Assembly: GCA_002371265.1 (NCBI GenBank)
Contig: DFGT01000032.1
Coordinates: 24,102-88,101 of the forward strand
Source: Bacteroidales bacterium UBA3743
GTDB lineage: Bacteria > Bacteroidota > Bacteroidia > Bacteroidales > Paludibacteraceae
DNA: 64,000 nucleotides
Direction: 5' to 3'
In this document: positions 17,400-26,857 of the stretch, in pieces
Layout of the letters: every line of letters starts with the position of its first letter
How positions within the stretch are numbered: position 1 is the first letter of the stretch
Made by a program: the position numbers and the translations under genes
The notes under the pieces: generated by a model
Seen by the model: the letters and a program-made list of their open reading frames with translations, nothing else
The model's database searches: none
Told to the model about the DNA's origin: nothing

Positions 17400-18062
17400 T
17401 CACCACACAATCGGGGTTTTTCCGTGTTGTATCAAATATTCGTTCGCTTTGCTGAAATGTTTGCAGCCGAAGAAGCCTCGGTATGCGGATAGTGGCGACG
17501 GATGTGGCGCTTTCAACACAAGATGTTTCTTTGTGTCTATCACCAGGCCTTTCCTCTGAGCTTGCGATCCCCACAACATGAAGACAAGATTCTCCCGTTT
17601 CGACGAGAGCAGTTCCACCACCCTGTCTGTGAACTCCTCCCAGCCTTTTCCCTGATGGCTCAACGGAGCTGCTCGTCGCACCGTCAACACATTGTTCAAA
17701 AGCAATACGCCTTGCTTCGCCCATCTCTCAAGGAATCCTGAATTGGGATATGGAGAGTGCACATCGTCGACAATCTCCTTATATATATTCTGTAGCGACG
17801 GTGGTATCTGCACTCCCGGTTGCACAGAGAATGCCAAACCATGAGCCTGGCCGGGTTCGTGGTAAGGATCCTGACCAAGTATCACCACCTTCACGTCGCG
17901 GAATGGCGTGAGGTCGAACGCTGAAAATATCTTGCTTCCGGGCGGATACACTTCCGTCTCCTGATACTCTTTTCTTATAAATGACGCTAACAATGAGAAA
18001 TATGGCTTTTCAAATTCGTCTGCCAATACTTCTTTCCACGATTGCTCTATTCTTACTTCCAC
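17400..18062 (-). CDS. ung: Uracil-DNA glycosylase
   Basis: It is 220 aa with GQDPYHEPGQAHGLAFSV and HPSPLSA motifs. Confidence 0.95.
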   Translation of the reverse strand: MEVRIEQSWKEVLADEFEKPYFSLLASFIRKEYQETEVYPPGSKIFSAFDLTPFRDVKVVILGQDPYHEPGQAHGLAFSVQPGVQIPPSLQNIYKEIVDDVHSPYPNSGFLERWAKQGVLLLNNVLTVRRAAPLSHQGKGWEEFTDRVVELLSSKRENLVFMLWGSQAQRKGLVIDTKKHLVLKAPHPSPLSAYRGFFGCKHFSKANEYLIQHGKTPIVW

Positions 18063-18102
18063 GATTCGATTGATGGTTGATGATTGACGATTGATGATGG
18101 AT

Positions 18103-18430
18103 GGATTTCACCACAATTATGCATTATGCCTTTTATCTGATTACACGCACGTCCGATTACACGCACGTCCGTGCGTCTCTACGTGTGGTTTGATTACCAG
18201 ACGTTGGGATTTCCATTCTTCATTCTTAATTTTTAATTCTTAATTTCACATTTTCGTCCGTGCGTCTCTACGTGTGGTTTGATTACCAGACGTTGGGGAT
18301 TTCCATTCTTCATTCTTAATTTTTAATTCTTAATTTCACATTTTCGTCCGTGCGTCTCCACGTGTGGTTTGACCACCAGATGTCTGGATTTCCCCACAAT
18401 TATGCATTACGAATTATGCATTATGAATTA
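18103..18430. repeat. Mosaic repeat expanded into a ~90-bp tandem repeat (2 full units + 1 diverged unit)
   Basis: The units start at 18166, 18255 and 18345. Each begins cgtccgtgcgtctc(t/c)acgtgtggtttga.... Units 1 and 2 are 89 and 90 bp and differ by one extra g. Confidence 0.9.
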
Positions 18431-19978
18431 TTAAAACGGTGCTGGGGCTGAATCCATGAATGCCGGCACAGATGAATCCACATTGACAGCATCATTGCCC
18501 GACGCATAGCCGGGATTGATGTTGGACTGCACCTCCACATACTGGTCTGTCGACACGATTCCTCCATCGTCGTAGTTGCAGAATTTCGTCTGCGCGCCCA
18601 TGAATCGAAGAATCACGTCGCCCACAGATCCGTTACGATGCTTGGCGATGATGATTTCGGCAAGTCCAGCCGCTGGAGTGGTATTGTCGGACATATATTC
18701 CAATTTATAATACTCCGGACGGTGGATAAACAACACCATGTCGGCATCCTGCTCGATGGCTCCAGACTCACGCAAGTCGGACAGCTGCGGTCTCTTATCC
18801 TGCTTGTCTCGGCTCTCCACACTACGGTTCAACTGCGACAACGCGATGATCGGCACCATCAATTCCTTCGCCAACTGCTTCAACGAACGTGAGATCGTGC
18901 TGACCTCCTGCTCACGGCTTCCGTATGCCATACCGCTGGCGTTCATCAGCTGCAAGTAGTCGATGACGATGATCTTCACTCCCTTGTCTCGCACCAGACG
19001 TCGTGCTTTTGTGGCAAACTCAAACACGGACAGGCTTGGAGTATCGTCGAGATAGATTGGCTTCTGGGCAAGGTAATCGAGACCTTGGTTCAAATGTTTC
19101 ATCTCGTCGATATTGAGCTGGCCCTTCTTGATCTTCTCCGACGGGAGTTCGGTCACATTCACCAGCATACGTGTGGCAAGCTGGTCGTTGCTCATCTCAA
19201 GGGAAAACACGGCGACGGGAATATCTTTGTCGGCAATATTTCTGGCCATTGAAAGCACGAAGGCTGTCTTACCCATGGCAGGACGAGCTGCGATAATGAT
19301 GAGGTCGGACTTTTGCCAACCGTTGGTCATACCGTCGAGTTTGGTGAATCCGCTTGGCACACCGCCGACACCCTCCTTATTGTTGGCTGCGGCATCAATA
19401 TTAGCCTTTACAGTCGGAAGGACGTCGCTTATAGGAGTAAAATCCTTCTCAATATTATGCTGGGAGATATCGTAGAGCATAGCCTCAGCAGCCTGAATCA
19501 GTTTGTCGACATCCTCGTCTTCATTGAATGCACGACGCTGAATCTCAGTGGAATACTTGATCAATTCCCTTTCCAGAGCCTTGGCAGCAAGGATTTTTGA
19601 GTGTTCGTAGACGTTGGCGACGGAGATCACATTCTGAGTGTACTCTATAAGCACAGACATTCCTCCGACCGTCTCGAAAAGGTCACGTTTCTTAAGCTCC
19701 TCCGAGACGGTGAAAAGGTCGATAGACTGCTGTGTACTGCCCAAATATGAGATTGTCTCGTAGACGAGGGCGTTTTTAGGCACATAGAAAGTCTCCTTCT
19801 TCAGAATTGTACAGATTTCAGAGAAGCATCCCGGATTTGTCAGGATGGCTCCGATCACAGAGTTTTCTATTTCCGGTGCCTGAGGAGGCACAACGCCACC
19901 CATGTCTCTGACCTCAATAATGTCAGGAGCCACACCCTTCTTTGATTTCTTTGCAGATTTTGTTTCGCCGATAGCCAT
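18431..19978 (-). CDS. dnaB: Replicative DNA helicase DnaB
   Basis: It is 515 aa with Walker A ARPAMGKT, IVIDYLQLM and SQLNR motifs. Confidence 0.95.
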   Translation of the reverse strand: MAIGETKSAKKSKKGVAPDIIEVRDMGGVVPPQAPEIENSVIGAILTNPGCFSEICTILKKETFYVPKNALVYETISYLGSTQQSIDLFTVSEELKKRDLFETVGGMSVLIEYTQNVISVANVYEHSKILAAKALERELIKYSTEIQRRAFNEDEDVDKLIQAAEAMLYDISQHNIEKDFTPISDVLPTVKANIDAAANNKEGVGGVPSGFTKLDGMTNGWQKSDLIIIAARPAMGKTAFVLSMARNIADKDIPVAVFSLEMSNDQLATRMLVNVTELPSEKIKKGQLNIDEMKHLNQGLDYLAQKPIYLDDTPSLSVFEFATKARRLVRDKGVKIIVIDYLQLMNASGMAYGSREQEVSTISRSLKQLAKELMVPIIALSQLNRSVESRDKQDKRPQLSDLRESGAIEQDADMVLFIHRPEYYKLEYMSDNTTPAAGLAEIIIAKHRNGSVGDVILRFMGAQTKFCNYDDGGIVSTDQYVEVQSNINPGYASGNDAVNVDSSVPAFMDSAPAPF

Positions 19979-20010
19979 TGTTTAATTGTCCACTTTTTGT
20001 TTTTCGTCTG

Positions 20011-20018
20011 CAAAGATA
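20011..20018 (-). promoter_or_regulatory. Candidate -7 box TATCTTTG for dnaB
   Basis: Plus-strand caaagata lies 33 nt upstream of the ATG at 19978. Confidence 0.4.
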
Positions 20019-20094
20019 GACAATCTAAAGGCAAAAGCCACAGAAAGAAAACAAATGTTATTAGTAGTTTTTTCACAAGGTATGAACAATGGTT

Positions 20095-20378
20095 GTAGAG
20101 ACGTCGCATTGCGGCGTCTCAAATGGATTTACACACGGATTTATCTCTCTCTCGGATCGAATTCATCATCCCGATCGGGTTCACACCCGACCATATGTTA
20201 TGTCGCACCTACGGTGCTGGCACGTACCCACAATTATGCATTATGAATTTATTACGTCACGTACGTCCAATGACACGCACGTCCGTGCGTCTCTACGAGA
20301 AGGGGTGATCCACACATCTGGTGAATCACCCCCACAATTATGCATTATGCATTATGAATTACGAATTGAGAATTACCC
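20095..20378. repeat. Direct repeat copy A (~260 bp) downstream of the HigB-like/Xre pair
   Basis: It shares long identical stretches with 21364-21638. These include tcgggttcacacccgacc(a/c)tatgttatgtcgcacctacggtgctggcacgtacccacaattatg and attacgtcacgtacgtccaatgacacgcacgtccgtgcgtctctacgagaagg. Confidence 0.85.
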
Positions 20379-20678
20379 CTATTCATCATAAATCAAACAG
20401 ATATCTAATGCATTCTCCAGTTTGGTGAGCGTATCAAGAGACATATTCTCCTTACCCTTCAGAATTTTTGAAACATATTGCTGAGAACAATTCATCCGTT
20501 CAGCCAACTCCTTCTGGGTCAGTCCAATTTGCCTCATATGCAACAGAACCTTCACAGCAATTCTCTGAGAATGACGTAACCATGACCAATTGTCACGACG
20601 CCATTCAGCCTTCTCTCTCCATGTCGACGGAGTGTCACTCTGATGAGTTTCTAGAAAATCCAGTGTCTTCTGTTTCAT
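20379..20678 (-). CDS. Xre-family HTH protein (putative antitoxin)
   Basis: It is 99 aa with the HTH segment GLTQKELAERMNCSQQYVSKILKG. It lies 17 nt downstream of the putative toxin gene. Confidence 0.75.
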   Translation of the reverse strand: MKQKTLDFLETHQSDTPSTWREKAEWRRDNWSWLRHSQRIAVKVLLHMRQIGLTQKELAERMNCSQQYVSKILKGKENMSLDTLTKLENALDICLIYDE

Positions 20679-20695
20679 AATGGAACTCCTTTCAT

Positions 20696-21247
20696 TTATT
20701 TAATCTCTGATAAATAATCAATAAAACCATCGGCATCAACAACACCTCCATCAACAAGGAATCTCCTAACCAACTCCATTTTATTGAGTTCTACCAATGT
20801 ATGTTCACGTTCCTGCATAGTACGTGTCAATTTTATAGCACCACCTGTGATAATGTAACACCCAGGCTCCAACTTGATTGCATATATCCTAAGCCACGAG
20901 GCATGCTGTGGACGATTCTTAATCCTAGCTTTCTCCTTACTTAATAGTATTTCTCTTGTTCGACCATTCTCCAACGGACGAAATATTTGATCCAAATCAG
21001 CATCAGGCGAAATATCAAGAATCAAGCACTGCATTCTATAATTGTCATCAATCGTATCATAGATTGCCTGATTAATGTCTGTAATCTTAAAGTATGACAT
21101 AAGGTCCGATATGTTCGCAAGGAAAAAATCAACCAACCATTCCGGATCACTCCATTGATCAAAAAGAGTGTGAAGGACATTGTCGTCTGCATCATCATAA
21201 CGAACAGCCCAAAGGGTCTCATTGTCAAGAATTCTATCAAATTTCAT
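20696..21247 (-). CDS. Hypothetical protein with RelE/HigB (Gp49-like) C-terminal core and ~100-aa N-terminal extension
   Basis: It is 183 aa. WLRIYAIKLEPGCYIITGGAIKLT resembles the R-I/L-x-Y ... G-x-x-K core of HigB/Gp49-type toxins. The order, toxin first and HTH second, is HigBA-like. Confidence 0.4.
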   Translation of the reverse strand: MKFDRILDNETLWAVRYDDADDNVLHTLFDQWSDPEWLVDFFLANISDLMSYFKITDINQAIYDTIDDNYRMQCLILDISPDADLDQIFRPLENGRTREILLSKEKARIKNRPQHASWLRIYAIKLEPGCYIITGGAIKLTRTMQEREHTLVELNKMELVRRFLVDGGVVDADGFIDYLSEIK

Positions 21248-21363
21248 AGTACTATTACTTAACCGTTAAACATAACGCAAAGGTAATAACAACAGTCTAA
21301 AAATACAACTGTCAGTTGTAAAAAAACATAAAAAATTATATACGTGGCAATGTCACGTATATA

Positions 21364-21638
21364 AAATGAATTTACACACGGATCAAATTCATCATCCCGA
21401 TCGGGTTCACACCCAAACCCTATGTTTTGTCGCACAATAATCGGGTTCACACCCGACCCTATGTTATGTCGCACCTACGGTGCTGGCACGTACCCACAAT
21501 TATGAATTATGAATTGAGAATTATTACGTCACGTACGTCCAATGACACGCACGTCCGTGCGTCTCTACGAGAAGGTTGGATCACCAGATATATGGTGTGT
21601 ACCCACAATTTAGCATTTCGCATTTCGAATTTATAATT
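21364..21638. repeat. Direct repeat copy B (~275 bp) upstream of the HigB-like/Xre pair
   Basis: It has the same orientation and module order as 20121-20378. It also contains an internal 40-bp tandem duplication (21401-21440 / 21441-21480). Confidence 0.85.
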
Positions 21639-24071
21639 TCATTCCACCTCCACCACCGTGATTCCTGCGCCACCGAAATCGACATGTTCATCACGGAAGG
21701 TTTTAACCTGTGGTACCGTCTTCAGATATTCTCTGATCACCTGTCGTAGCACGCCTGTACCTGTGCCGTGCAGGATTCGCACTGTGCCAGCATCAAGCAT
21801 TATCGCATCTTCTATATAATAGCTGACCGCCTGCAGAGCCTCGTCGGCACGCATTCCTCGCACATCTATCTGCAACTTGAAATTCTTGGAACGCTCGTGG
21901 ACAATGTCTGAATTGTTGGACGAAACTATATTGAAACTGAATTTTTGTGTTTTCTGTGTAGCTTCCTGAGTCAATTGAAGATCTTTCAGTTTGACGGTGG
22001 TGCGGAGATTTCCCAATGCGACATCCACACTATTACCCTTGATTTCCAACACCTTACCTTTCGCTCCACTTGTTTTTATCTTCACCGTGTCTCCCACAGA
22101 GATTGGTTTTTCCTGCTTCTGCTGTGCAGGTGCCCCACTCTTCTGCTGGCTCTTGGCGTTAAGCCTCTCCACCTTCTTTGCGAAAGCGTCATTCTCGTCG
22201 CCATCAACAAAATCATTCTTAAACTTTGTCAGATCCTCACGTGCCTGACGTGTGGCATCCTTCTCTGCCTTTGCCTCCTTGATCAACTTGATCGTATGCT
22301 CAATCTTGGCGTTCGCACCGTCGAGCATCTCCTTGGATTTGGCTTTTGCCTCGCTGAGGATTCTCTTTCGCTCTGCGTTGATATTATTGACGTCGACGGT
22401 GAGTTTCTCCTCAAGTTCCTCGATATGTTTCTCCTTCTGGCGTATATTCTGACGTTTGTTCTCCCAATAACGTTTGTCTCGCACGATATCCTGGAGATAC
22501 TTCTCCATATTCACATAGTCGCTGCCGACTATCTCCGTAGCACGGGCGATGACGCTCTCAGGCAAACCGATTTTTCTTGCGATCTCAAGGGCGAACGAGC
22601 TTCCCGGATTTCCTATCTCAAGACGGAATAGCGGCCTCATTTCGTGGCGGTCGTAGAGCATCGCACCGTTCACAATACCATCCGTATCTGTGGCAAACTG
22701 CTTAAGATTAGTGAAATGCGTAGTGATGACTCCAAACGATTTCTGACGGTTGAAATGGTCGAGCAAGGCTTCTGCAATAGCTCCACCGATTCGTGGCTCC
22801 GTGCCGCCTCCAAACTCATCTATGAGCAGAATCGTCTTTCCATTACATTTTTTCGCAAACTCCTTCATATATGAAAGATGCGAACTGTATGTACTCAAGT
22901 CGTTCTCGATGCTCTGCTCATCACCGATGTTGATCAGGATGTCATTGAAGATTCCCACTTCACTGTCGGCATGCATCGGCACAAGCATTCCACACTGCGC
23001 CATATACTGGATCAGTCCGACGCTCTTCAGGCAGACACTCTTACCTCCGGCATTCGGGCCGGAAATAAGCAGTATTCTGTTGTTTTTGTCGAGATGGATG
23101 TCGAGCGGAACAATCTCCTTGCCCGACGCTTGATGGGATAAGAAAAGCAACGGATGGATGGCGTCACGCCAGTCGATCACCTGCTCATTACGTAATTTTG
23201 GCATCACACTGTTTGTCTTCAACGCAAACAACGCTTTTGCTCTTGTAAAGTCCACAACCGACAGATAATCAACTGAAAACAGCAGTTCATCCGTACGTGG
23301 ACGCAATATTTCAGTAGTGAACTCAGTAAGGATTCTTACGATTTCTCGCTGCTCCTCAGCCTCCAGTTCACGCAATTTATTGTTAGCCTCAACAATCACC
23401 TCCGGCTCGATGAACACCGTCTTACCTGTGGCGGACTCATCATGGACTATACCACGCAGTTTCTTCTTGAAAAAGGGAGAGATGGGAATCACCAGTCGAC
23501 CGTCACGCACAGCCGGAGTCGTACCCTTATCAACAATTCCGTCTTCCACCGCCTTACGAAGGATCGACGACATATTTCTTGAAATACTGCCCTCCGTAGC
23601 CGATTTCTCACGACGAATCTCACCGAGTTTCGAAGATGCGGTGTCCTTTATCTGACCATATTTATCTAGAATTCTTGCGATTGCACGCTGAATGTCGGGA
23701 AACGTGAAGACATCTCTCGACAACTCCTGCAGATAATAATATGTGCCCTCCTCACGGTTGGAAAAGAAGGTGACGATACTGCCAATTGCTTCAACAACAC
23801 GGCTCAAATCAAACAGTTCCGCCGGCTCGATATAGGTGCCGACCACCTTGATTCTTTGGATTGCCTCCCTGACATCATAGAAACCGTCGGTAGGGAAATC
23901 CTCTTCCTGAAGTATACGGACAAACTCATTAGTGCGGTTTGCCTCTTCCAATATAGTGTCGAAATTGGTAAGGAACGACATCTTGTCGCACTTTTCCTTA
24001 CCAAGGTCAGACAAGCATTCCGCCTTAACCAAGTCGCGAATCTTGCCGAATGAAAGTTTTGATTCTGTCAT
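21639..24071 (-). CDS. mutS2: Endonuclease MutS2 (MutS domain V ATPase + C-terminal Smr)
   Basis: It is 810 aa with Walker [21 protein letters not shown] and the C-terminal Smr segment [11 protein letters not shown]...HGTGTGVLR. Confidence 0.92.
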   Translation of the reverse strand: MTESKLSFGKIRDLVKAECLSDLGKEKCDKMSFLTNFDTILEEANRTNEFVRILQEEDFPTDGFYDVREAIQRIKVVGTYIEPAELFDLSRVVEAIGSIVTFFSNREEGTYYYLQELSRDVFTFPDIQRAIARILDKYGQIKDTASSKLGEIRREKSATEGSISRNMSSILRKAVEDGIVDKGTTPAVRDGRLVIPISPFFKKKLRGIVHDESATGKTVFIEPEVIVEANNKLRELEAEEQREIVRILTEFTTEILRPRTDELLFSVDYLSVVDFTRAKALFALKTNSVMPKLRNEQVIDWRDAIHPLLFLSHQASGKEIVPLDIHLDKNNRILLISGPNAGGKSVCLKSVGLIQYMAQCGMLVPMHADSEVGIFNDILINIGDEQSIENDLSTYSSHLSYMKEFAKKCNGKTILLIDEFGGGTEPRIGGAIAEALLDHFNRQKSFGVITTHFTNLKQFATDTDGIVNGAMLYDRHEMRPLFRLEIGNPGSSFALEIARKIGLPESVIARATEIVGSDYVNMEKYLQDIVRDKRYWENKRQNIRQKEKHIEELEEKLTVDVNNINAERKRILSEAKAKSKEMLDGANAKIEHTIKLIKEAKAEKDATRQAREDLTKFKNDFVDGDENDAFAKKVERLNAKSQQKSGAPAQQKQEKPISVGDTVKIKTSGAKGKVLEIKGNSVDVALGNLRTTVKLKDLQLTQEATQKTQKFSFNIVSSNNSDIVHERSKNFKLQIDVRGMRADEALQAVSYYIEDAIMLDAGTVRILHGTGTGVLRQVIREYLKTVPQVKTFRDEHVDFGGAGITVVEVE

Positions 24072-24682
24072 CTGTTGACGGTGATCAAGCTGATAAACTC
24101 TTCTCTTGTCTTTGCTGTCTCAAAAGCTCCGGTAAAATCTGATGTGGTGGTGACTGAATGCATTTTCTGCACACCACGCATCTGCATACACATGTGCTGG
24201 GCCTCAATAACGACCATCACACCAAGTGGCTGCAACGTCTCCTGAATACAATCCTTAATCTGTGTAGTGAGTCGTTCCTGAATCTGAAGTCGACGCGAAA
24301 GGATCTCCACTACTCGAGCTATCTTGCTCAAACCAGTTATCTTGCCGTTTGGAATGTATGCCACGTGAGCCTTTCCGAAGAATGGAAGCATGTGGTGCTC
24401 GCAGAGAGAGTAGAAATCGATGTCTCTCACAATCACCATCTGGCTGTAGTCTTCCTCAAACATCGCGCTCTTCAAGACGTCACACGGATCAATCTTATAA
24501 CCGTAGGTCATAAACTGCATTGCCTTTGCCACTCTGTCTGGAGTCTTTAGCAATCCCTCACGGTTGACGTCCTCACCCAACAACTCAAGCTCTTGCCTAA
24601 CAAGAGGCGCGAGCTTGGCTGTCAAATTCTTATCGGGATACTTCGCGATATCCCATGGTTTTATCTCTAAATCCTCGTTCAT
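24068..24682 (-). CDS. folE: GTP cyclohydrolase I
   Basis: It is 204 aa with [20 protein letters not shown] and [11 protein letters not shown]-type motifs. Confidence 0.92.
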   Translation of the reverse strand: MNEDLEIKPWDIAKYPDKNLTAKLAPLVRQELELLGEDVNREGLLKTPDRVAKAMQFMTYGYKIDPCDVLKSAMFEEDYSQMVIVRDIDFYSLCEHHMLPFFGKAHVAYIPNGKITGLSKIARVVEILSRRLQIQERLTTQIKDCIQETLQPLGVMVVIEAQHMCMQMRGVQKMHSVTTTSDFTGAFETAKTREEFISLITVNR

Positions 24683-25624
24683 TTATTTCTTTGCCTGAAA
24701 ACTCTTTGCAGCAGCTTGGAACTTCTGCAAATACATATCTATTTCCTGATTTGCCTTAGATGTGAAGCAATAATACTTGCCTGATGTGAACACCACCATA
24801 GCATAAGATTTCGACTTCACCTCACCATTGACTGTCTCAGTGATAAAATACTCATAACCTGGTAGACCGTTCACCTCCACCGCATTCTGAGATGTTATTG
24901 TCTCATGGTCGGAAACCAACGCCTTAACGACCTCTGTCGCAAACATCTTCTGCTCCTTTGGCTTAACAGCATCCTCGTTCATCAACACCTTGAAATAAAC
25001 CAAGCGGCCTGTTGCCTGCTCTTTTGCAAAATCACCCGACTCACAGAATGCAACAAGAGTTGAGCCTTCTGGTTGAGCGCGGAAGCCCTGGTTGGCGATG
25101 CTATAAAGTGAATTCTCAAAGATCGGATTGCTTGCCATATCAGCAGGATCAACATACACTACAGACAAAAGAGCCTCCTTTGTCTTCTCGATCTCAGCCA
25201 AATCGTCCACTGGAGACGACGCTGTGATCATCACTGATCCGTTATCCTCTGGCACAACAAGAGTTGTGAATATACGGCCGTTCTCTGTCTTGCTCACCAA
25301 ATAGTGCTCTGTATCGTTGATGTAGACAGACTCATTTGTCTGATATCCTGCGACGAAATTCTGGAAAGTCACCTTCAAAAGTTCATTCTCGCTAGATGCG
25401 TCAAGGATCATATTTAGGTGAGAGATAGAAATACCTGATTTTTTCTCCGGATTTCTGAACGCAGTTCCATTATCCGTCAGCTCGTAGCCTGCAGGTGGAA
25501 TGATAGCGTATGAATAGTTGTCAAACTTCTTGTGATCGGCAGTACGTTCGTTACTTTTTTCGATTTTTGCCGACGCAGAAAACAATGTTGCAACAGCAGC
25601 TGCAAGTGTAATAAATCTTTTCAT
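24683..25624 (-). CDS. Hypothetical secreted protein
   Basis: It is 313 aa with an N-terminal signal peptide, MKRFITLAAAVATLFSASA. I recognise no family. It is packed tightly between the SPOR gene and folE. Confidence 0.6.
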   Translation of the reverse strand: MKRFITLAAAVATLFSASAKIEKSNERTADHKKFDNYSYAIIPPAGYELTDNGTAFRNPEKKSGISISHLNMILDASSENELLKVTFQNFVAGYQTNESVYINDTEHYLVSKTENGRIFTTLVVPEDNGSVMITASSPVDDLAEIEKTKEALLSVVYVDPADMASNPIFENSLYSIANQGFRAQPEGSTLVAFCESGDFAKEQATGRLVYFKVLMNEDAVKPKEQKMFATEVVKALVSDHETITSQNAVEVNGLPGYEYFITETVNGEVKSKSYAMVVFTSGKYYCFTSKANQEIDMYLQKFQAAAKSFQAKK

Positions 25625-25635
25625 TTTAGCCCTTT

Positions 25636-26181
25636 TTATTTTTTACTTTTATTCTCTTCTTTTTTGTTTGTGGTTGCCGTAGCAGAAGCATCGGCTTCCA
25701 AAGAAATGTCTCTCACCTCATCATCTTTTACAATAAGGATCTCCGAGCTCAATTCAGGAAAATCCTCACGAAGCTTCTTTGCCATCACAAGAGCGTCTGC
25801 ATGAGTACGATAGTCACCCACACGAAGTTTCCAGAATGGAGATGAGAAACTGATATATGTTGTAAGATTTTCGTATTTTTCTTTTAGCTTTTTCTCTCTT
25901 GCGTAAGCCTCATCCTTTGATTTCTTCTGGTTATTATCCATATACACCTGAATTCGATAACCGGAAAAAGTGATATATTTTTTCGACTCACCCTCTTTGA
26001 TCTTTCTGTTTACCAAAAGGTTGACCTTTGGATTCTGTTGCAATTTCACAGTGCCATAGCCAGGCTTTGTCTTAGCTAAGTCTTTGAAAATATCCTCGTG
26101 TTTCACCTTCTGCGACTGTGCCGACGCTGCAAAAAACAACATTGTCAGCAAAACCGTCAAAACAAATTTTATTCTGCTCAT
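25636..26181 (-). CDS. SPOR domain-containing protein
   Basis: The start is trimmed to MSRIKFVL (signal/TM). YRIQVYM...FWKLRVGDYRTHADALVMAKKLREDFPE is SPOR-like. The -7 box at 26206-26213 lies inside the longer track ORF. Confidence 0.75.
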   Translation of the reverse strand: MSRIKFVLTVLLTMLFFAASAQSQKVKHEDIFKDLAKTKPGYGTVKLQQNPKVNLLVNRKIKEGESKKYITFSGYRIQVYMDNNQKKSKDEAYAREKKLKEKYENLTTYISFSSPFWKLRVGDYRTHADALVMAKKLREDFPELSSEILIVKDDEVRDISLEADASATATTNKKEENKSKK

Positions 26182-26205
26182 AATCTGTAAGTTCATTATA
26201 CGGTG

Positions 26206-26213
26206 CAAAGGTA
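26206..26213 (-). promoter_or_regulatory. Candidate -7 box TACCTTTG for the SPOR-folE-mutS2 gene string
   Basis: Plus-strand caaaggta lies 25 nt upstream of the ATG at 26181. Confidence 0.4.
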
Positions 26214-26261
26214 TAAAAAATATTGGATTTCATCACCAAAATTTAGTTGGTGAAATGACAG

Positions 26262-26795
26262 CTACACATTGTAGACTATCTTATAAATCTCTTTCACCGC
26301 ATTTTCAACCTCTTGTTTGCCAACCTTTCCATAGGTCATCAACGACATCGGCACACTTTGTTTGCTTGGCGAATAAGATGGCTGGACATATGGTCTTGCA
26401 GACAGTTCAAATCCGCATTTTTCGTAGAATGAGATTCTTCTGACAGCCTCTTCTGTCAACGGAAGTTCAACCTCCAAAATCAATCTTCCGACGTTCGACA
26501 TACGGATTAGTTCAGCCAGTGCAAGTTTTCCATATCCACGTCGACGGAATGCCTCGGCTATAGCAAAATGCTCCACATAGATGATTTCCGTCAATGTCCA
26601 TACTGTGATAAAGCCGACACTCACGTCGCCATCTTTAATCACCAGGCATCGCATACGATCATCATCATCCACAATCCGACGTTGCAGAGACTCATCACGT
26701 CTTTCATCAGAAGGGAAAGCCGAGAGCATCAGCGTCTCAACAAAATGATACTCAAACGATTTAGTGTCTATATTTATCAAGTCCAACTTATCCAT
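26262..26795 (-). CDS. GNAT family N-acetyltransferase
   Basis: It is 177 aa with VEHFAIAEAFRRRGYGKLAL, the acetyl-CoA binding R/Q-x-x-G-x-G/A motif. Confidence 0.8.
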   Translation of the reverse strand: MDKLDLINIDTKSFEYHFVETLMLSAFPSDERRDESLQRRIVDDDDRMRCLVIKDGDVSVGFITVWTLTEIIYVEHFAIAEAFRRRGYGKLALAELIRMSNVGRLILEVELPLTEEAVRRISFYEKCGFELSARPYVQPSYSPSKQSVPMSLMTYGKVGKQEVENAVKEIYKIVYNV

Positions 26796-26796
26796 A

Positions 26797-26832
26797 ACAA
26801 AAACAAAAGAGACGCGATATTTTCGCGTCTCT
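26797..26832 (-). terminator. Rho-independent terminator
   Basis: AGAGACGCGA (26808-26817) pairs with TCGCGTCTCT (26823-26832). On the minus strand it is followed by TTTGTTTTTGTT. Confidence 0.6.
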
Positions 26833-26857
26833 CTATAAAGCTTGAACTAATATCCAA

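Noticed and set aside
20089-21636. Small ORFs in the intergenic repeats (20089-20391, 20123-20308, 21427-21636, 21259-21474) giving MHYELRIENY / HVRPMTRTSVRLYEKG-type peptides.
   Set aside because: They lie wholly within the mosaic repeats and heptamer arrays. The reading frames are not conserved between copies A and B, because indels shift the frame.
20095-21638. Whether the direct repeats define an IS or transposon or an integrated element.
   Set aside because: There is no transposase, integrase or recombinase ORF, no terminal inverted repeats and no obvious target-site duplication. I kept it only as a repeat-bracketed cassette in the findings.
21945-22631. Long antisense ORFs inside well-supported genes. 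They include 21945-22631 in mutS2, 48154-48843 in rnr, 52631-53176 in cysS, 39629-40105 in dnaJ, 46169-46621 in panE and 17386-17724 in ung.
   Set aside because: The opposite-strand genes have clear family motifs. The antisense products are low-complexity and Cys/Leu/Ser-rich, as expected for shadow ORFs.
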